From: Octopus bimaculoides
Taxonomy: Eukaryota
Direction: 5' to 3'
Length of the DNA stretch: 64,000 nt
Assembly: GCF_001194135.2 (NCBI RefSeq)
Contig: NC_068992.1
Span: forward strand, 54,672,487 to 54,736,486
How positions within the stretch are numbered: the first letter of the stretch is position 1; each line of letters starts with the position of its first letter. A program made the translations under genes and the position numbers. Of the stretch, positions 37,456 to 51,001 are shown piece by piece. The notes beneath the pieces are model-generated. The model saw nothing but the letters and a program-made list of their open reading frames with translations. It did no database searches and was not told the origin of the DNA.

Positions 37456-39585
37456 TTAATATATATATATATATTCTTCATAAGTGAGTAGTCAAAATTA
37501 AGGTGGGATAAAGACCCCATTATAAACCCTAAAAAATACTTGCACAAAGAAGACAGTGTGGAATGAAGGTTGAGTTTGAATTACTTATATCCTTCCCCCC
37601 TATTCTAGTTTGGCCTTTCATACAGGATGGTCATTTTACACTGACTGGGTCTCACAACATTAAATAAAAATGTTTTAATTAAATATCATAATGACAACAA
37701 TTAAGTCCATTTTTCCCTACTTCAGCAGAAGGTAACCTTGCATACTCCATGACAGTCTTCTCCATTTTACCCAGTCCTCTATATCCCTCCTACTAACTTC
37801 TTTGCCCTTATTTTCTCAACCTCCACCTTCTGTCCTCATCCATTTCCATCTCATCTCCTAGCTTGTCACTCTCATCCTTTCTCTACACATGGTCTTGCCA
37901 TGTCATTCCATTTCTCTTTACATTATCCAACACAAGCTCTATTCCCATCATCCTCTTCCATTCATTGTCCGTTGTCATCTCTCTCTCTCTCTCTCAGTGA
38001 TACTCTGCACATCTGCTGAACCATTTTCCTTTTCCATCCAACCTTCTCTGCTACTCCCTTTCCATTATTGATGTCACACTCCCATCACACTTGCAGCATA
38101 AGACCCTTTTCTTTAGTTTTGGTGACACTTCCCTCCTCATTAGTACAACACTTCCTTGGGTGTCATACAACGGGACTGAACCTGAAACGACATGGTGACA
38201 TGGTTTGAGAAGCAAACGTCTTAATCACACAATCATGCCTCCACATGTTAAATGAATAATTAACGNNNNNNNNNNNNNNNNNNNNNNNNNNNNNNNNNNN
38301 NNNNNNNNNNNNNNNNNNNNNNNNNNNNNNNNNNNNNNNNNNNNNNNNNNNNNNNNNNNNNNNNNNNNNNNNNNNNNNNNNNNNNNNNNNNNNNNNNNNN
38401 NNNNNNNNNNNNNNNNNNNNNNNNNNNNNNNNNNNNNNNNNNNNNNNNNNNNNNNNNNNNNNNNNNNNNNNNNNNNNNNNNNNNNNNNNNNNNNNNNNNN
38501 NNNNNNNNNNNNNNNNNNNNNNNNNNNNNNNNNNNNNNNNNNNNNNNNNNNNNNNNNNNNNNNNNNNNNNNNNNNNNNNNNNNNNNNNNNNNNNNNNNNN
38601 NNNNNTAATGAAGATTTTTTTTCTTTTTCTCCTTCCGCTGCATCAATTATGAATGTTCATCCACTCATTAGATAATATAACACTCTAACCTGGGAAATTC
38701 ATAATAAAGATTCTGTGTTGCTCAAGTTCACGAATTGACCTCCCTATTGTCCTAGGACAGTAGGTTTACAGATATTATACTTATGGCCATTATGGCAGAA
38801 TGCCCTAAGCTCACTGAGTGGCTGATTGTATTAACAGGCTTTTTCCTTTATTTTTTCTTGGTTGATTGATTGATTTATCCAGTTATTTACACCATAGCAA
38901 CCAATTCTAGTTGGCTACACATGACATACAGCCTGCTGTGAGCTGTAAACTCTAAAATCTCTTACTAGTCATGCACATTTAGTACATTTCTGTACTAAAC
39001 TTCAAATAACAGCTGGTATGTTTTTTATAAAGTCCTGCAATCACGAGTTCATGATGGGGGATAGAGGGAACTACGGTTACAGGTTTTGCTTTTTATACGA
39101 GCCAGCAAGGGAGCTTCTCTGTGTGGTTGGTTGCTCAACATACTAGAATCATAATCATCAGTATCATCGTTTTTAAACGTCCACTTCTCCACGCTTGCAT
39201 GGATTTGATGTAGTTTATATGAAGCAGATTTCCTATGGCTGAATGCCCTCACCTTTATCCAAGCAGAATATCGGAAATGAGTGACACTGCTTATGTGATA
39301 ATGGCTCTCATTTACAACTGTCATGCAATGTCAAGACAAGGTGACACAAACATATGCCTACTCACACTCACACATATATAAGTACGTACGTATATATCGA
39401 GTGTCAAAAACTAATACACCTACTTGTTTGTCCTTCACCTTTTTTCTACATTTGAACTTTGAACCGCGTGTGTGTGTGTATACATACATACACACACACA
39501 CACACACGCATATATATAGATACAACCCATGCTAGCATGGAAAGCGGACGTTAAACGACGACGATGATGATGATGATGAAGATGA

Positions 39586-39624
<39 letters not shown>

Positions 39625-39739
39625 TGAAGAGCGTAGGCTCGAAATGTAAAAGACTTTCTCACCTTTTGTTACATGTTGTTATTGTTTTTGTTGAATAAAA
39701 TTTGTTGCAAAAAAGCTGCAATAATTATGCACCAACCAA

Positions 39740-39770
<31 letters not shown>

Positions 39771-40117
39771 GATATATATATATATATATATATNNNNNNN
39801 NNNNNNNNNNNNNNNNNNNNNNNNNNNNNNNNNNNNNNNNNNNNNNNNNNNNNNNNNNNNNNNNNNNNNNNNNNNNNNNNNNNNNNNNNNNNNNNNNNNN
39901 NNNNNNNNNNNNNNNNNNNNNNNNNNNNNNNNNNNNNNNNNNNNNNNNNNNNNNNNNNNNNNNNNNNNNNNNNNNNNNNNNNNNNNNNNNNNNNNNNNNN
40001 NNNNNNNNNTAATGCCAACCACTCTGAGAGTGTAGTGGATGCTTTGTATGTGCCACCAGCATGGGAGCCAGTCAAGGCAGCACTGGCATTGGCCATGTTT
40101 GGATAGTGCATTTTACA

Positions 40118-40167
<50 letters not shown>

Positions 40168-40492
40168 TGCACACGCATGATGAGTTTCTTACAGCTTTTG
40201 TCGACCAAATCCCTGAACCCCAAACCATATGGTTGCGAAGCAAACTTGTTGCTAACCACTCAGCCCCACCTGCACCTATTGCAACAAAGTACCTGTTGAA
40301 CCTTACGATCACTTTAATTGAACTATCCTTCCCCTGAGTTTGCTGACCTTGTGACAAACCTTGAAATCAACATATAAAATATGATTTGTAATTCCATACT
40401 GTAATTGTGTTTTGTTCATTTTATTCCTTATCCATAAAGAAATATTTATAATGTCTGTTTTTCTTTCTTTATTTCTCATTTTATATTTGCAG

Positions 40493-41181
40493 GTATCTTG
40501 ATAATATTGAAGCCTTAATCAAGACCAGCAGGCATCTGCAACATTTTGCTTTAGGTTGTGTTGAAGAGCTTTTAGAACACTCCAATGTTTTTGTCAACTT
40601 ACTGGCAGAACATCATGCATCTACACTGGAGTCTCTGCATCTTGCCAGTGTGAAAGAAGACTCTGAAAGTTATGGTATCATAGAATTGAATGCTATTGAC
40701 TTTTGCCGTTTTATGGGTCTCCGTAGTCTTAGCCTTGATTATGATTACTTAACCAATGACCTCCTGCTAACCTTTATTGATCCCAAGAAGTCTAAGCTTG
40801 AAAATTTGGTTATTAATGTCCACGGTATTGATGCTGACCATGAAGTGATTACCAATGAAACTTGGCGCCGGTTACGTAACCATTCTTCAAACCTAGAAGT
40901 GACCTTAAACCTGATTCACTCGTTTGAGGGTGTTGCTGGTCTCTTGAATATCTTGCAACCTTCAATGCCCTTAGCCAAATTCCGGCAGATGTTCTGTTCC
41001 AATATCAACATTGCTTCAGTTAGTTATATATCTTCACATTACAATAACACGCTGAAAGAAATACATATAATAGATGGTTTTGCTAATGGAGACCCTATTG
41101 TTTATGAGATTGAAGCTGATGAAGATCCCTTTGTGATGTTGGCTTGGCGTTGCCCAAAACTGATGCATTTCACATTAATAG
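40493..41181 (+). CDS. FBXO33: FBXO33-like exon 2 (LRR-like body)
   Basis: Polypyrimidine tract plus TTGCAG acceptor ending at 40492; CA+G restores Gln. Open frame YLDNIEALIKTSRHLQHF...LRSLSLDYDYLTNDLL...ILQPSMPL...EDPFVMLAWRCPKLMHFTLI; EDPxVxLAWRC is FBXO33-like. Donor G|GTATGG at 41182, phase 1. Confidence 0.9.
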
Positions 41182-41906
41182 GTATGGTAATCTTTAATAT
41201 GTTTTCAAAATAACCCTCTCTAATACTTGGAGAATATGAAAAATGTTAGATTTTATTAACTTAAATGCTTTGTAGAAAAATATACAGAAGTTGATTTCGT
41301 GTTTGAATTTTAATTCTTAAATCTTTTTGATAACTTTTTTTACCTTTTCCTTATAATTATATTTATCATTCTCATACCATTATTTACTTTGTCTCATCAG
41401 GATGTCTTCTTAACACATTTCAAAAAAAAATATTCTTGTCTCTAACTGCATTTCTCTGAATCATTGTATCAGCTTTATATCTTCTTTAAAAGCTGATCTT
41501 CAAAAGCTCAAAAACCAACCTCAACTACATCAACTTCACTAAACTCCTTATCCCTCAGTCTTGGGAGACCTTCAGTTCTGTTACTAGGATCAACTATGGT
41601 AGGGTTAAACCAGTTTTTGACTGAATGTTGCCTCATCAAAAGCAAGAAGACAGAGCTGCCTGATTCACTCAGAGTCTAGCAATTGTTTCATATCTACAAA
41701 GCACCTTGAACTTAGATGGGCGGAGGTGGGGTGGGGGTGGGGGCGCAAGGGCAGGGGTACCTTGACACCATCTCTAATATTTATCCTTTTGCAGCTCCTA
41801 CTGATCATACTCTCCCTTCCCTACTGAATCTGAGTAACCCTGTAGGTCTAGTACAAGAACCAGCTGTTCTTCACCTCTCCCTGCCCCTCCCCTTCTCATG
41901 TATTAA

Positions 41907-42126
41907 CCCTTTAGTGTTTAAACCGGCCATATCAGGCCAAAATTGTCTTCTAGTTGTATGCTCAAACCAGCCAGCTCTGATCTCTCACACCTACCCTACA
42001 AAGTCATTCTAAAAATAAACAGGGACATCATCAAAATCTCAGAGTTAAAAGATGCTGTACAATTAACTTAAAACAATGTAATTAAACAGGCTTTACATTT
42101 GACAGAGTAATCTGAATGCTAAAGGG
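41907..42126. mobile_element. piggyBac-like MITE (220 bp)
   Basis: TTAA|CCCTTTAG...CTAAAGGG|TTAA. Confidence 0.85.
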
Positions 42127-43304
42127 TTAATCCCTCATCCCTAGCATAAAGCTGAAAGCCCTCTCCCTCAGGATTCATAATCTTGTGAGCTGCATTGTGA
42201 CCTCAGTAGTGTTGGTGTCACAAAAAAAAAAAAAAAAAGCATCCACTACACACTGTAAAGTGGTTGCCACTAGGAAGGGCATCTGGCCATAGAAACCATG
42301 CCTAAGCAGACATTGAAGCATACTACAGTCCTTGAGACCATCGAATAATGTCAACTCATCCAACCCATGCCAGCATGGAAAGTCAATGTTAAATGATGAT
42401 GATGATGATGATGTTGAAAGCTGAATGCTCTCAACTGTACGTGGTGAACTCTAAAGCATTCAAGAAATACTCAGCGGTTCCGTAAAGATCATAACCAAGG
42501 TTTCTTCCTCATAAGAAGAAGGTGGGAGTGGGAAAAGAAAAAAAAAAAAACAGGCAAAAAACAAGAAAACAAAACGAAACAGTCAAGTCTTTACCAAATT
42601 CACTATCTCTTCAATAATAGCTGTAAGAATATAATAATTTTGAAGGCTATGAATTGATTTCCAGTTATGATCTGAGAGCTAGAGTGAACTTCAGGTGATT
42701 GGTTTCAGGAAAGAAGCCATCCATGCAGCAGTATAAAATTATCAGATCAAACTGTTTTTCTCTTAATCAACTTAATCACTCTAATAACGGTTGCAAAATG
42801 GAAGGTCTGACTAATTATCTGAGTAATGGCTCTAGAACTGTGTTGTTGCTGCTGCTGTCGTTGTTGTTGTTGTTGTGTTTTACAGCTAACATCTTGGATG
42901 TCTTGACAACCACCAGAAATTTTGTGTGTGTGCGTGTGCGTGCGTGTGTGTGTGTGTGTGTGTGTGTGTTGCAGGAGAAGAGTTGACATGAAGTATAGAT
43001 ATTCTTTAGCATGTATCAGTAGAACAAAGTATCAGATGATTGGATAGTCATCAATCAAGTTAGTCACTTATGTAAAGAGAGAGACCAAGTCAACTTGTGC
43101 AAAAAGGGCCTTGTCAACAATTAGAAAGACTGCAGTATGTTTTAGTATATTTTAAATGTCCGACACATTAGCTAGTAGTTAGTCCAGCACTTTCCACCAA
43201 TTACTACTTCAATATCAGAGAGGAGTGAACTGAGAAATTATTCATGTGTTGTGATTGAAGAGCATTGGGTGTGAAACAGGATTACATTGGTATAAAGTAA
43301 TAAA

Positions 43305-43530
43305 GGTACTTAATTCATCGACCCCCGAAAGGATGAAAGGCAAAGTCGACCTTGGCAGAATTTGAATTTAGCATAAGGTAATAATGGTTTCAAATTAAAC
43401 CACAAGGGCAGCCATTTTGGGTACAGGATGAGTCGATTACATTGAACCCAGTATTTCACTGGTACTTAATTTGTCGACCCCAAAAGGATGAACGGCAAAG
43501 TCAACCTCGGCGGAATTTGAATTTGGTATA
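43305..43530 (-). mobile_element. Two tandem partial SINE B copies
   Basis: ggtacttaatt..tcgacccc.aaaggatgaa.ggcaaagtc occurs twice. Confidence 0.78.
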
Positions 43531-43889
43531 TGGTAATAATACCAATTGATGTGTTAGCTTATGAGAGAGACCCCTATCCACTTGTCTGACTTACTGGAAA
43601 TAGTAGATAAATTTTTCTTAAATCACAACCTGCTGTCTTGGAAACAAAATCTAAAAGGGAGGAAGGACATGTTTGATGGTTTAGTCTTAGGTACACAGGA
43701 GGGATTGTTATGGATGGAATGCATTTGGTCATAGTTCTACTTGTTCAAGGCTTAGGTGAGACTAAACATTAGAAGTAGAATCATGAGCCAATAAGGGAAC
43801 CTCTCTGTAGTCCCTAAATTTGCTAGAAATAACATCCAGGTCTCTCAGATCATCATTTCCTACTTTTATCTTTTATTTGTTTCTCGTTT

Positions 43890-44270
43890 AAGTCTCTGGA
43901 CTGTGGCCATTCTAGAGTACTGCACTGAAGGGTTTAGTCTAACAAATTGCTCCCAGTACTTGTTTTTTTTCAAGTCTGGCACTTATTCTATCAGTCTCTT
44001 TCACCAAACCACTAGGTTATGGGGACATAAACAAACCAATACTAGTTGTCAAGTGGTGGTGGTGGTTAGTGGGTGGATCAAACACAAAGACAAACACATA
44101 CACATACACGATGAGCTTCTTTCAGTTTCTATATACCGAATCTGCCTACAAGACTTTGGTCAGCCTGAAGTGATAGTAGACGACACTTGCCCAAGGTTCC
44201 ATGCAGTGGGACTGAAGCCAAGATTACATGGTTTGGAAGCAAACTTCTTACCACACAGCCACACCTACAG
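43890..44270 (-). mobile_element. SINE family C, decayed
   Basis: Family C head and tail recognisable. Confidence 0.75.
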
Positions 44271-45271
44271 CTACCTCTCCTTGCCATTAAAAAAAAAGAC
44301 ACAACACTTTTGATAATGAAGTGATTGAGACCTTTCGTGATTTGCTGTGCTTGAGAAGACATATCAAGCCAATTGTAACTGTAATCATGGCCAGTGCTGG
44401 TGACACAAAGGGCACCCATTACACTCTTGAAGTGGTTGGTGTTAGGAAGGTCATCCAGCCATAGAAACTAAGCCAAATCAGACCTTAGCCTAGTACAGCT
44501 CTCTACTTGCCAGTTCCAGTCAAATCATTTAACCCCTGCCAGCATGGAAAACTGATGCTAAATGATGATGGTAATCCTAGATACATCTTCTTTGAAAGGA
44601 TGAGATGGTCATGGCTTATCACAGGTCTGTTTAGTAAGAGATGACTTACATCTAAACAGTAATGATTATTTGTGACTGTCGCACATGTATGTAACTGTGA
44701 AATTCGATGTCTCTTGGCTAAAGTTTATATATGATCCTACAGATACTGTCTTCTAAAAATTTATTTGGTCTCTTTGTATTAGTCAGTGAATTTCTGGTAT
44801 TTACATTCTGGAGAGTTTCAGACTTTTCTTCATATCTTACAGAGTACACTTTTCTAGAATTCTTTAATGGAATGTTTCAGGGAATTTGAAAAATTTTTGA
44901 ATTTTATTTTTAGTTTTACTGTAAGCGATGATGTTCATTTGTGGAAAATTGTTAACTGATGTAATCCAGTAAGCCATTTGAATCTTTGCAGAAAGATTTG
45001 GAAATTTTAGTAGTGGTATCTTCTTACAGTTACGAATTTTGAATTGGCACAGGGGCTATAAGAACTGTACAGAATGTTTTATAATGCTGAACATTTCTTT
45101 GGCCTCCATTCAAATCTTATCATTTTCAATTTTCTGTCTCTCTGTTCTTGTTAAAATAGATATCACTAAAATATTGTTCTGTGCATACACGTGTGCGTGT
45201 TTTTGTGTGTGTGTGTGTGTGTGCATGTGTGCACATATTTATGAATATATATATATGTATGTATGTATGTG

Positions 45272-45637
45272 TGGAGGCGCAATGGCCCAGTGGTTAGGGC
45301 AGCGGACTCGCGGTTTCGATTCCCAGACCGGGCTTTGTGAGTGTTTATTGAGCGAAAACACCTTAAGCTCCACGAGGCTCCGGCAGGGGATGGTGGCGAA
45401 CCCTGCTGTACTCTTTCACCACAACTTTTTCTCACTCTTACTTCCTGTTTCTGTTGTACCTGTAATTCAAAGGGGCAGCCTTGTCACACTGTGTCACGCT
45501 GAATATCCCCGAGAGCTACATTATGGGTACACGTGTCTGTGGAGTGCTCAGCCACTTGCATGTTAATTTCACGAGCAGGCTGTTCCGTTGATCGGATCAA
45601 CTGGAACCCTCGACGTCGTAAGCGACGGAGTGCCAAC
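45272..45637 (+). mobile_element. SINE family A
   Basis: Near-identical to 201-587 with a short deletion in the tRNA head; inserted in (ATGT)n. Confidence 0.9.
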
Positions 45638-45646
45638 ATGTATGTA

Positions 45647-45683
<37 letters not shown>

Positions 45684-45994
45684 ATTGAGTTGGAAAACCC
45701 TTTTGGATAAAAAATATGCAGTCTTTAACTTTTTCTTCCCAAAAGGGTCTTTCAATTCACTGTTTACATTCTATCATTTATAGCTTTACATACTTTGAGA
45801 TCTACTGTTCCCCAAAATGAATTATTTCATGTTCTCTTGAAAGTTTATAAATTCTTAGATGTCAAATACATACAAACTGTCCAACCCATACCAGTATGGG
45901 AAACAGACGTTAAATGATGATGATGATGATGACAAATACAATACTCCTTACACATCGTTTATCTATCCATCCGCCTATTTATTTATTCATTTAA

Positions 45995-46214
45995 TCCTTT
46001 AGCATTTAAACTGGTCATATCCATCCCCAAATATTCCATCTGTTTTATGCTCAAACTGACAAGATTCAGCCTCTCACACCTATCCTACAGTGGCTTCTTA
46101 AAAATGAACAATCACATCATTGAAATCTCAAAGCTACAAGATATTGCATGAGTAATTCCAAAGTAATGGGAATAAATAAGCATTGCACAACAGAGTAATC
46201 TAAATGCTAAAGGG
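45995..46214. mobile_element. piggyBac-like MITE, second copy (220 bp)
   Basis: TTAA|TCCTTTAGCATTT...AAATGCTAAAGGG|TTAA; internal similarity to the 41907 copy (tatgctcaaac, ctctcacacct, cagagtaatct). Confidence 0.85.
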
Positions 46215-46370
46215 TTAATCATCCAGTCAATCAGTAAAATATATATACACTCTAAACATCCATCCATTCATCCATCTTTTCATTCATCCATCCGTCTATT
46301 CATTCAGTTATTCAATTAACCAATCAGTCAGTAAATATATGTGTATATATGTACTTATACATACATGTGG

Positions 46371-46414
<44 letters not shown>

Positions 46415-46799
46415 CCTACACATCGAATATCTATTCATCCGCCTATCCATTTATTTAATCATTGTCGACCATCATCTTTCTAGCCATCTATTTGCCCATT
46501 CATTCATTTGTTCATGTAATCATTCAATCAGTCTCTCTATTTATGCATCCTTTATATATTACCCACCTCTCTTTCTCTCCCCCCCTCTCTCTCTCTGTAT
46601 ATATATACTTTGCTATTGTTGCTAATTTTGTGCTTGTATTATTTGCATTCACCCTGGCTTTCAGTCATTGGGATCTGTTCGTCCATTGTATTCAATGATG
46701 ACCATTTTCTCTTCTATTCGTAAATGCTTTTACGACTGTACTTACTGATCCTAAATATGCTGCTGCAGTTGTAATACAGTGTAATATATTGTACATTCT

Positions 46800-47470
46800 T
46801 CTATCTTGTACCGAGTTTCTCTTCTATAGTGCCAAACCCCACTCTCCAGTGAGACTGCCAAAGCGAGCAGTAGGTTCCATTGTCCTTCATTCACTCTTAA
46901 AAGGTTGGTGGTGCTCATCTTGAAAGCAGTCTTCAGCTGGTCTTTTGGATTACTCTTTTTAATCATTCAACCTGGTGTTGATTGATCATGATGTTGCTGA
47001 CCTGAGAGGATCCTACGGGGAGGATGTACAAGCCAGTCTCAAATGATACCTATGTAGGTGTGGATTCAGTGTTGTGTATGTGTGATTGTGTGTTTCTGTG
47101 TGCATGATATCCAATCTCACCAGATGACATAAAGGATCTTCTGGAATGTTGGATACTAAAGGCCTTCAGGGTCTTTATGTATTAACTGTATGTGATCCAT
47201 GTTTTGTGTCCATATAGAAGTGCAGAAACACAGATTGCCCAGCAGATGAGGACCTTACTATGGGAACTGAGATGGTTGCTTAAACTGACTGTCTTTTGGA
47301 GCCAAAAGATACAGAGATCTGTGTGAGGGGCTTTTGCATTTATTTCTGTTGTGCTGCAATAGAATCATAGCAAGGATTCTCAACAACCACAGGGAAAGCG
47401 GAAAATACTTTTGGTGTCCCCACCTGAATAAGTATGGTAGGCTGTATGCACTTGATGCCACTCCTATACC
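46800..47470 (-). mobile_element. RTE-clade LINE 3' fragment, decayed
   Basis: Minus-strand AICVSALLYGHKTW...KTLKAF resembles the RTE post-RT LLYGxETW motif. Confidence 0.55.
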
Positions 47471-47558
47471 TATGGTGCAGTATGTGAGTTGAGAGCTGTT
47501 GCCAATTGTTACCGTTGTATTGAGAAAGCAAAGGGCAGCTCATTTTTTCATAAGCTGT

Positions 47559-47596
<38 letters not shown>

Positions 47597-47633
47597 CACA
47601 CACATATATATGTATATATATATACATATATAT

Positions 47634-47664
<31 letters not shown>

Positions 47665-47678
47665 CACACACACATATA

Positions 47679-48712
47679 TAGGGAAATGAAGAATAAGGCA
47701 GAATGCTAAATTGGAAGCATGTTTTAATAAAGATTTCTAACCGGCTTTCATTGTTAAGCAAATTTTCAAGAAGGAGAATGAAAATGTTTTTTNNNNNNNN
47801 NNNNNNNNNNNNNNNNNNNNNNNNNNNNNNNNNNNNNNNNNNNNNNNNNNNNNNNNNNNNNNNNNNNNNNNNNNNNNNNNNNNNNNNNNNNNNNNNNNNN
47901 NNNNNNNNNNNNNNNNNNNNNNNNNNNNNNNNNNNNNNNNNNNNNNNNNNNNNNNNNNNNNNNNNNNNNNNNNNNNNNNNNNNNNNNNNNNNNNNNNNNN
48001 NNNNNNNNNNNNNNNNNNNNNNNNNNNNNNNNNNNNNNNNNNNNNNNNNNNNNNNNNNNNNNNNNNNNNNNNNNNNNNNNNNNNNNNNNNNNNNNNNNNN
48101 NNNNNNNNNNNNNNNNNNNNNNNNNNNNNNNNNNNNNNNNNNNNNNNNNNNNNNNNNNNNNNNNNNNNNNNNNNNNNNNNNNNNNNNNNNNNNNNNNNNN
48201 NNNNNNNNNNNNNNNNNNNNNNNNNNNNNNNNNNNNNNNNNNNNNNNNNNNNNNNNNNNNNNNNNNNNNNNNNNNNNNNNNNNNNNNNNNNNNNNNNNNN
48301 NNNNNNNNNNNNNNNNNNNNNNNNNNNNNNNNNNNNNNNNNNNNNNNNNNNNNNNNNNNNNNNNNNNNNNNNNNNNNNNNNNNNNNNNNNNNNNNNNNNN
48401 NNNNNNNNNNNNNNNNNNNNNNNNNNNNNNNNNNNNNNNNNNNNNNNNNNNNNNNNNNNNNNNNNNNNNNNNNNNNNNNNNNNNNNNNNNNNNNNNNNNN
48501 NNNNNNNNNNNNNNNNNNNNNNNNNNNNNNNNNNNNNNNNNNNNNNNNNNNNNNNNNNNNNNNNNNNNNNNNNNNNNNNNNNNTCTCCTTCTTGAAAATT
48601 TGCTTCACAACGAAAGCCAGTTAGAAACCTTTATTAAAACATGCTTCCAATTTGAAATCTTTATTAAAACATGCTTCCAATTTAGCATTCTGCCTTATTC
48701 TTCATTTTCCTA
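47679..48712. mobile_element. Element with ~100-bp terminal inverted repeats flanking an 791-nt gap
   Basis: 47679-47778 is the reverse complement of 48584-48712; the right arm has a 30-bp tandem duplication (48624-48683); both ends are TA. Confidence 0.65.
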
Positions 48713-49319
48713 TTATCTCTCCACGTGCGGTTAACACAACCCCACTATTTACTGACTTATATATATATACATATATACGACAGGCTTCTTTCAGTTTCTG
48801 TCTACCAAATCCACTCACAAGGCTTTGGTCGGTCCGAGGTTATAGTAGAAGACATTTGCCCAATGTGCCACACTTTGCAACTGAACCTGGAACCATGTGG
48901 TAGGGAGGCAAGCTTCTTACCACACAGCCAAGCCTGTACCTCGACACTTATATCTTCGTTATATGTCATCATAATTGTTTTAATGCCTATTTTTCCATGC
49001 TAGTGAAACTCAGTTACAGCTATCATGTGATAGCATGCACACACACACACACACTTTTACGTATATATGTGTTTGTGATATACACATAACAATCTTCTCC
49101 GAGTTTCTGTCTACCAAGTCTGCTCTCAAGTCTTTGGTCAGCCCAGGCCTATAGTAGAAACTCTGCCAAATCAGATTGGAGCCTGGTGTAGCCATCTGGT
49201 TTCACCAGTCCTCAGTCACATCGTCCAACCCATGCTAGCAAGGAAAGTGGACACTAAACGATGATGATAATGATCTCTATTCAGACAGTTGGGTCCTGGT
49301 CGAGTCAACCTATGGTACA

Positions 49320-50125
49320 AGCATATTCCAACTGTAAACATTTTGTATTTTCTTTGATGGAGTATAGCTAGGACTACATCAAGTCAGTCCGCCCATTTCT
49401 AAACAAAAGCAACCAGAAAAGAACGACCATGACTTTTCAAAATAGTTGTTAGCTCCATTTCAGCCCTGAGTGAGCAGGCCTATTTTGAAAGGTATTTCAA
49501 CCATGGCCACTCTGTCCTCTTCATTATTCTATATTCCGTTATCCAATGTGCCCCGCAAACCAACCATCGTTTCCAGACAATAAGATGTAATTTGAGGGAG
49601 ATTTTGGATGTTAATAACCGACATTTCTCATTGGTTCATCAGATCAGTCTTTCATATGTGAATGCGATGCTTCCGCAAGGGAGATAACTGTGTCACTTAT
49701 TGCTTGCTGTCTTGTTTNNNNNNNNNNAGCATATTCCAACTGTAAACATTTTGTATTTTCTTTGATGGAGTATAGCTAGGACTACATCAAGTCAGTCCGC
49801 CCATTTCTAAACAAAAGCAACCAGAAAAGAACGACCATGACTTTTCAAAATAGTTGTTAGCTCCATTTCAGCCCTGAGTGAGCAGGCCTATTTTGAAAGG
49901 TATTTCAACCATGGCCACTCTGTCCTCTTCATTATTCTATATTCCGTTATCCAATGTGCCCCGCAAACCAACCATCGTTTCCAGACAATAAGATGTAATT
50001 TGAGGGAGATTTTGGATGTTAATAACCGACATTTCTCATTGGTTCATCAGATCAGTCTTTCATATGTGAATGCGATGCTTCCGCAAGGGAGATAACTGTG
50101 TCACTTATTGCTTGCTGTCTTGTTT
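49320..50125 (+). repeat. 398-bp direct duplication around a 10-N gap (probable assembly overlap)
   Basis: 49320-49717 and 49728-50125 read as identical. Confidence 0.9.
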
Positions 50126-50137
50126 CATTTCTATTAG

Positions 50138-50298
50138 GTTATCAGGTATGTGATGATGACATGGTGGCTATTGCTAGGTTACGTGGCCAACAATTGAAAA
50201 CTTTTGACATTCCATCTAGCTGTATTTATAGTCTTCATGAGGAGGATGAAGTCACATGGATGAAATTTGGATCATATGATGGTGAATTTTTTCAAAAG
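50138..50298 (+). CDS. FBXO33: FBXO33-like exon 3
   Basis: Acceptor CTATTAG ending at 50137; G+GT gives Gly. GYQVCDDDMVAIARLRGQQLK matches FBXO33-like GYTVWAHNLIAIARLRGSDLK (recalled). Donor AAG|GTAATT at 50299, phase 0. Confidence 0.88.
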
Positions 50299-51001
50299 GT
50301 AATTATTAAAAAAAATTATTTGTTTTTTTTTTGTAAACCTACATGTTTCTTTATTTGTTCATTTAATGAATGTTCTTTTGCTTTTTACCTGTGCTAGCAT
50401 AGGTTTTGACAGGGACTTATTTAATGGCAGGATTTTTTTGGCCAAGCGCAAGTTTTCCTGTTGCTCATGTTAGGGCCTTTTTTCATTTCATAGTTCTTCA
50501 GATACGCAAAGCGACCGGTTGTCATGCCAAAATGGAATCTAACTACAAAATCATTTCGCTGAGAAGGTGACAAGCAAAGCTGCAGAATGTTAATGTTTGC
50601 ATCTGTGCACATGCATATATGTGCACGTGTACACACACACACACACACACGCAAACACAATAGGATTCCAGCTACTGTATTCACTCACAAGGCATTGTTC
50701 ATCCTGGGGATATTGTAAAAGACACTTACCCAATATTCCATGCAGTGGTATTGAACCTGAAATCATGTGGTTACAAGAAGAAAACCAAAAAAACTTCTTA
50801 ACCACACAGCCATGCCTATGCCTCCAAGAGATAAAATAGAAAATGCCAAGGAGATTCTAATTGGTTTATGTAAGTAAGTTTGAATTATTCAAAATTAGTT
50901 TATTATTTATGCTTGTACAAATTCTTTGTTACTGGTTGTATATGATTTGAATTTAATCAATTAAACGTGTTAATTAAAAAAGAAAATATTGTTATTTACA
51001 G

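Noticed and set aside
39621-39655. Hammerhead-like hairpin GAGC-GTAG-GCTC followed by GAAA
   Set aside because: The upstream core reads UAGUUGA instead of CUGANGA and the cleavage triplet is GAC, not NUH. At most a decayed Penelope-type terminus.
49320-50125. 398-bp tandem duplication just upstream of exon 3
   Set aside because: Apparently identical copies around a 10-N spacer are typical of an unmerged contig overlap. The same applies to 58081 versus 58357.
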